DNA from: Eledone cirrhosa
Taxonomy: Eukaryota
Assembly: GCA_964016885.1 (NCBI GenBank)
Contig: OZ024743.1
Coordinates: 344,038,001-344,102,000, forward strand
Direction of reading: 5' to 3'
Length of the DNA: 64,000 nucleotides
Shown here: piece after piece, positions 57,531 to 64,000 of the stretch
Position numbering within the stretch: the first letter of the stretch is position 1
Layout: each line of letters starts with the position of its first letter
The notes under the pieces: model-generated
Databases searched by the model: none
Told to the model about the DNA's origin: nothing
What the model saw: only the letters and a program-made list of their open reading frames with translations
Program-made: the position numbers and the translations under genes

Positions 57531-58260
57531 AATCGCCGTGCCTTGCCCAGCTGACGTAGAGGGCAATGAGTGCTTGGCAACATTCCAGATGCCAGGTGCT
57601 GCAGCTCTGTCAATGAGACTAGCTGCGGAAAGGCCCGTCTCACAAACGGCGACCACACCTGTTCACCTTTTAAGCGAAATTCTGGAGATCCGTAGCTTCA
57701 GTGCATCTTTGTGCTTTATTAGCGACGGCATGCCCAGCCCTCCATGTAGAGGGTACTGGCAGCAGATGGACCGCCTCACTAACGGGACATGTCCCCTCCA
57801 CAAGTAGTTGAAGAGGAGCTGTTCCAATTCGGCGAGGAGCGCACGGGGGCAAGATACGACTAGGGCGTTCCGAATTTCGGCTGAAGTTATCGACCTTTCG
57901 CAGCGCTCAGCATAGGCTGGCGAGACATGGTAGATTGTCGACGTAGGAACTGAAATCTGGTACCATCTCCGACCCCGGCTACCCCCGAAATGCTAGGAAA
58001 AGTGCTGGCGAAAGGCTTCACACATCTGCCTGGAATCGTTCAGCTTGCGTTCGTCTCAGTCCGTCAAAGATCGAATTGTGGTTTTGTTACCACGCTGCGC
58101 ATCTGCTACGCGGACCCATCGAACAACTTTGCTTCCCTCGTTTCTCAGAGCATGCGCCTTAGCTCTGACAATGCAACCTTTGTGTATCACATTGAAGAAA
58201 CAGTCTAATGCCATTCTCGCTGCTAGCACGTCAGTTACAATGTCAGTTCTAATCAGGAAG
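57531..58260 (-). mobile_element. Tx1-clade fragment lacking the whole RT core
   Basis: GCIVRAK...NKTTIRSL...AEIRNAL is joined directly to VVSCP...VRRSICCQYPLHGGLGMP at ~57862. Confidence 0.8.
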
Positions 58261-58294
58261 AACAACGCTTGTAATAAAAGATAGAAGTAAGAAG

Positions 58295-59778
58295 AATGCT
58301 GTGGGAAACTACCATCCTATGGCATGCCTGATCATAATATGGAAAATTTGCGGAGAAAACGTACCCATCTTTTACAGAAAGGAACATGGGGGACAAAAAG
58401 GATTTAGAAGATCTCAGAGTACCAAATACCACCTGGTGATCGATAGAATAGTTTTGAGGTATTGGAAAATAACATCACACCAACACCTCTACGGCCAGGA
58501 TTGACTCTAAGAAGACATATGATATGGTGCATCATTCCTGGATTGTTGAATGCCTGCACTTGTTTGGTATTGCCGAAAACATCACAAATATTCTTCTGAT
58601 TAGTATGCTAGAGTGGAAGATCAAGTTGTACTCGATCAATGTATTCCTTGGAAACGTTTAGAGAGACAATTTAAAAAGAGTAAAAATAATTTTAAAATCC
58701 AATCTTAATGCGAGAAAACTAGTCACTGCAATGAATATGCGGGCAGTTGTACTGTTTAATAATGCGTCCATCCTCAGGTAGACTGAAGAAGGGATAGCAA
58801 AGTTGGATAGAAAGACAAGGAAGCTAATAACATTGTACGAAGCATTGTACACCCTAATGCAAATATAAACAGATTTTACAGGAAGAGAAAAGATATTGGT
58901 TGAGGTCTCATCAGTGTGGTTATTGAATAAGGAGTGAAAGGATAACGCTTCCAGAATATTTGGAAAACAGTGACGAAGATTTGTTGCAATGTGCGAAAGT
59001 TATGGTAAGGAAGAGTTTAACCAAAGAGTTGAAGAGAAGAGAAAAATGCTTCAGGAAAGGAGAATACATGGGCAGTTTGAAAGAAATACACAAGACATAA
59101 AGAATAAAACCACATCATGGACATAGTTTAAGCAAGGTGATTTCAAGCGTATCACTGAAAGCCTTATAATTGCAGCACAAATCTAAGATCTTGGTACCAA
59201 TTCGGCGACACCCAGAAATGCAGACTATGATAATAATATACACTCACTTGGTAAGTGGATGTGAGAGCCTTGTGCAAAGAGATTACAAGCACCACCATGA
59301 TAAAGTATGTTTGTGCCTTCGTTGACTGTTATGTCGTAAATACCAATACGTAATAATAGAGAATTGGTATGAGCATGCACCTTGTAAAGTAATACAGAAG
59401 GATGGGAAAGCAACGATATTCTGGTATTATGATTTTCAGACTGATTAAGTAATTGGATATCGCCGACCGAACATTGTTGTATTGAACAAGAAAGACAGAT
59501 ACTGTCAGATAATAGACACAGCCATACTAAAGAATGCGATTATTGCAAGAGGTTAAAAATAAATCACCAAGTACTCCGAATTGAAAGTGGAGGTGGCAAG
59601 ACTGTCTGAAATGCGAGAGGGTAATGGGAAAGTGGTATCAGTTCTCATCGAATGATTAGGGTCAATCTCATTGAAACTCCAAGACTTTTTCAAACCGTTG
59701 GGAATACCAGGCAAGATTCATGTCATACAAAAATCAGCCTTGTTAGGCACTGCGCACATTTTAATGAAACTATTATCT
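58295..59778 (+). mobile_element. R4/Dong-clade LINE, decayed (RT start, deletion, thumb, REL endonuclease)
   Basis: Closely related to 50855-51240. Traces LDRKTRKL, HGQF, LIIAAQ, ILWYYDFQTD...RPNIVV and QKSALLGTAHIL. Confidence 0.78.
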
Positions 59779-59870
59779 GTGTGTGTGTATGGGGGGGGGG
59801 GACCTTGTTGTGACTTGACAGATGACTAAATACTCCGGTGCATTTTCCATTTAGAGTGCGTGAGAAAAGA

Positions 59871-59901
<31 letters not shown>

Positions 59902-62900
59902 CTTTCTTTATTAACCACAATGGTTTACATAAAGTAGACATTAAGGACAGTACAGGACAATACAGGACGGTACAAATGGGCATTTCTGCGCGTAACAAAA
60001 AAATAACAATGAAAAATTCCCCAATAGGGTGAAGACTTCGGAGGGACATTTGTGGAGAAAGCCCATTTAAAAGGCCACAGTGACCCTGACCACCAGGGCA
60101 AGTGCCCTCTCCCAGTTTTCCACCTTTAATTTACAGACACATACTCAGAGTAGGCCCATTCACTTGGGTCATACTTGCTTCTCTCACCCATCTTTCAACA
60201 AAATGCTGGGAAGAGAGCACTTCCTTTCTACCCTGATTTTCCTTTTCAAATGAAATTTGAAAAAGTTAATCAGGGCATCACCGAAGAGGTAAGTGCTCGT
60301 CTTCAGCCCTTTCAAACGTGTTCACCATACTATCTCTTTCGCCATGGCCACCAGACAGATTAAAACTGCCTGCCCTTCCCGGCTAAAGGAAGAGGGCGGG
60401 GCAATCCTCACGATGGACTCCCCTGATAGCTGGATCCGTCCTACACGCGACAGCAGGTGTTCGACATAAACCCACAAGTCAGCAATGCTCGAACACTGGA
60501 CGAGTGCGTGCAGGACGGTTTCGTCGCCCTGCGCGCATCTCGGACATGCCCGGCTGACGGCACCTCCACGCCTGTAGAGTTTATCCCGAACTGGCAAAGC
60601 TCCTCGGTAGCACTGCCAGACCAGAGATTTCTGGAAGTTGTCCATAGGCCCCAGCCCGAAAGTCCTTCCGAAGAGATTGGCTAGTTGATTTTCGTCGACG
60701 CCTAGAGTTTCTCCAAGTACGTCGTCGTTCTTCCCCTCCACCAATCCTCTATAGAACGCCAAGGTGGAGTTTCCCCCGATCACATTGCCCGATTGGTCGA
60801 GGGCTGTGAGCGCCTGAAGACATTCCAGTATCCAAGCGCTCCCTGTCGGTTTTCGCTTGACCTAGGACTACAGCTCCGTCAAGGAGACGAGCTGGGGAAA
60901 GACGCGTCTAGCAAACGGCGACCACACCTGATCACCGTCGAGGAAGAGGTGGAGATGTAGTAGCCTGAGCGCGTGTCTGCGCATCATCAGCCACGGCATG
61001 CCCAGCTCTCCACGTAGCGGGTGTTGACAGCAGATGGACAGCCAGACCATCGGAGCGCGTCCCTTCCACAAAAAGCGAAAGAGCAAACGCTCCAGCGCAG
61101 TCAGGCGGGGCTTAGCACAAGGTACGACGGTCAGGCGGTAGTAGATGACGGACGCGATGTACGCGTTAGCCACCTCCGGTTGACTTTTCAGGGATAACTT
61201 CCTCTCTGTCCATTTCTCCATTTCTGGGTGAGAGAAGCCACCCTGCTCGTCATCTCGTCCCAGCTTTTGTCAGTTTGGAGATCCGGACCGAACCAGAAGC
61301 CTAGCAATTTAACAGGCCCGTCAATCCAGCGCCCGACGACGCTGTTGGACGGCATGGACCTGCCTCTCCAGGCCCACTGAATGTTCCTGGTTGATCATTG
61401 CTCCTGTCACCGCTTCGTATTCTCTTAGTGTAGTGCCGAGCGCCTCGATGTGTTTGGCGTTCGACACCACTACGGTGACATCGTCCACATATGCTGACAT
61501 GGATCTTCCGCATCCTAGTTCGCGCGGGACACCCCTCAACGTCTCCAGTTTGTGCAGTAATGACTCAAGAGTCAATACGTACAAGAGGGACGAGAGGGGA
61601 CATCCTTGGCGGACCTAGCGATTGATGTTGAACGGTTCCGAAAGGTGACCGTTCACTCTCACCACAGAGCAGATGTCTCTGTGCATGGCAGCGATCCAGC
61701 CTCTGAAGATGGGCCCAAAGCCAGCCGCCCTCAGGACTGCCGCTAGGTAACGATGGTCGACCCCATCGAAAGCTTTCGACTGATCTAAATTGATCAAGGA
61801 CCCACCCGTGCCAGGTTCCCTAGCTACCTTCTCTACGATGTATCGCATTAGGTTGAGATTGTCGTGGATGGATTTGTCGGGAATGGAGCATGTCTGCGCC
61901 TCTCCCACCAGACCACCAACGACAAGCGCCAACCTCTTTGCTAGCACCTTGGCCAAAATATTGAACTCTGTGTTTAGCAGAGTTATGGGCCTGAAATTAT
62001 CTATGTTATCCCCCTTGTTCGGATCCTTTCTCAACAGCGCCACCGCTCCTCGGCTCACAGAGCTGGGAATTCTCCCGTTATGTTTCCAGTTGCAGTAGAC
62101 GTTCGCCAAGAGGCCTCCGAACAAGTCTGGCATCTGTACGTAAAGTTCATAGGGCAGACCATCGAAACCAGGCGATTTACCCCATGTGCAGCCATTCATT
62201 GCCTCCCGTACTTCAGCGGCTGTTATCGGCTTTTCGCAACACTCCGCCTCAGTGTCCGAGAGCCGCGGCAGTCCGTCGAGGTAGACACTAAAGTCCATCC
62301 CTCGACCCGCCCCACCGCTGCCCCCGAACAGCTGAGCGAAGTGTCGCTGAAAAGCTTCACACATTTGCCCGGGATCGAGTAGCATGCGCCCGTTGTGGTC
62401 CACCAAAGACCGGATCGTGGCTTTGTTGCTACGACGCGCCTCCGCCACTCGGGCCCATTGAACGGCTTTCGTCCCCTCGTGTCTGAGAGTACGCACCCTA
62501 GCTCTGACAACGCAGCCTTCGTGCTTTGCATTGAAGAATTGGTCAAGGGCCAATTTCGCCGCAAGTACGTCGGTCGCGATGCCTTTGCTTAGCGCCTCGT
62601 CTAATTTTCTAACTAGTTCTCCCTCTGCTCTATTTTTCTCTATAGCTAAAGCCTTACTAAACCTAATGGACTCTATTCTAATCGCTTTTTTCAGAGCAAA
62701 CCACCACTTGTTGTTGACGATGGCCCCCGTCAACGCCCGCTTAACTAGTTTGCTAATCCGGTCTCTGTAGGCCTTGCGCGCTGGTAAGGACGTGTTTAGC
62801 TTCCAGTAGCCGGGTCTTCGTCTATGAAGCCTATCTAAGTCAAGCACACATATCACAAATTTGTGGTTCGTGTAGCTGACTATCTTGAATTGTGAGCAGC

Positions 62901-63540
62901 CTATGCTAGACCTATCTATTTCCCTACAAAATACTCTATCTAGATATGATCTGGATGACCCTATGCGGTTTGTCCAAGTCCACATTGGCACATTCGGGAA
63001 TCCAATCGGTACCTGTCAGACAGTTCAAAACGCCTGAGCAGGTTGGTGAGGCTCTTGCACCCTCCTCCCCTATCCGCTAATCCCACACAGTCCCAGCGTT
63101 CATCTAAGATCCTGTTCCAGTCGCCCACTAACGCTAAAGAGCGGGACGTTCCAAGAAAGGTCTCCAGACGCCGGAAGAAATCAGGCCGCCCTGCTCCTGT
63201 CGGGGCATAGACGGCCACTAGCCTGAAAGCTTGCCCGTTCAGCTGGTCACGTCCAGCACCACTAACTTACCTTCTGGGTCCAGGAGGATGGGCCGTATGG
63301 CGAGATCCAAACCTCTCCGAAAAAGCACAACAACTCCTCCCACGATCCAGGACGGCTGGGAGATGCGTACACATCGTAGCCGCTAAAGATCGGTGCGAAG
63401 GCCCGTGCTTCGGAGATTCTGGTCTCGCTGATGGCCACTACATCTATGTTTAGTGACCTGAGGTCGTGGAGCAGGTGACCCTGCTTCCATGACGACCCCA
63501 AGCCACGCGCATTTATGCTGCCTATTCTGAATGAGGTCAT
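59902..63540 (-). mobile_element. Tx1/L1-clade LINE with full-length but frameshifted ORF2 (APE + RT + CCHC) and 3' UTR
   Basis: MTSFRIGSINARGL, AISET, AVYAP, GDWN, SYLDRV, GYWKLN, KSPGFDGLPYE, FRPITLLN, DQSKAFD, YVDD and CPRC...ETVLHALVQC. The stop is at 60131, and the tail gtggttaataaag is followed by (ATT)n. Confidence 0.95.
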
Positions 63541-63574
63541 GTTGAAATGGAGTGGAAAAGATGGGAAAGACCAC

Positions 63575-64000
63575 TTACCTTACTTCTCGTAGAGGAAGGA
63601 TGGTTTCTCCATCCTTTTCACTGCTTGTGGCCTCCTCCGGAAGGATATCCTTATAAATCCTCCTGGAGAGTGCTTGTCGGAATTCTCCGATGTCTTTGGG
63701 GAATTTTTGTTTTAGTGTCGTGTACGTTTTCTGTGTGATGCGAGTGATTTGTATGTGTGGAGGTGGTGTGAACTTTTGTGTTGTTGTGTAGTCTTTTTCT
63801 GTGATGCTGGTGTTGTGTTGGATGTAGTGTAATAATTGGTTGTTGTTCAAATTTAATGCTGTGTAGTGTGTATCGTTTTGGTTGTTTTGTTTTGTTTGCG
63901 TTTGTTGTGGGTTTGTTTCTGTTTCGCTTTTTGGTGACTATTGTGGTGTTGGTGATGGTGTTGTTGGGGTTAATGATGGTGATGATGTTGGTGTTTGTGG
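63575..64000 (-). mobile_element. Possible C-terminal end of the Tx1 ORF1 (runs off the window)
   Basis: A Thr/Gln/Lys-rich frame stops 35 bp upstream of the ORF2 ATG on the same strand. No diagnostic motif is visible. Confidence 0.35.

Overview
Eukaryotic, repeat-dominated DNA with no intact host gene, rRNA, true tRNA or CRISPR array. It is probably from an octopod cephalopod (inference from the abundant tRNA-derived Nin-domain SINEs and the extreme (TA)n/(CA)n/(TACA)n/(GAA)n load). Nearly all short ORFs in the supplied track are microsatellite read-through. Supported content: three Tx1/L1-clade LINE copies plus one RT-deleted fragment; Penelope-like element (PLE) remnants including a Naiad-like RT+GIY-YIG copy; a CRE-clade LINE 3' half; decayed R4/Dong LINEs; hAT and Tc1/mariner-type MITEs; over 15 SINE copies; and a chain of probable pseudo-exons on the minus strand. 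The most interesting signals are (i) at least four type I hammerhead-ribozyme folds in PLE-type terminal repeats, one with a compensated U3-A8 core; (ii) short element families that always end in (TA)n, form fold-back pairs, and in one case carried (TA)n into a site lacking it, with a 15-bp TSD; (iii) an inverted ~470-bp duplication whose central hairpin loop has flipped between copies. All calls are by eye, so boundaries of decayed elements are approximate.
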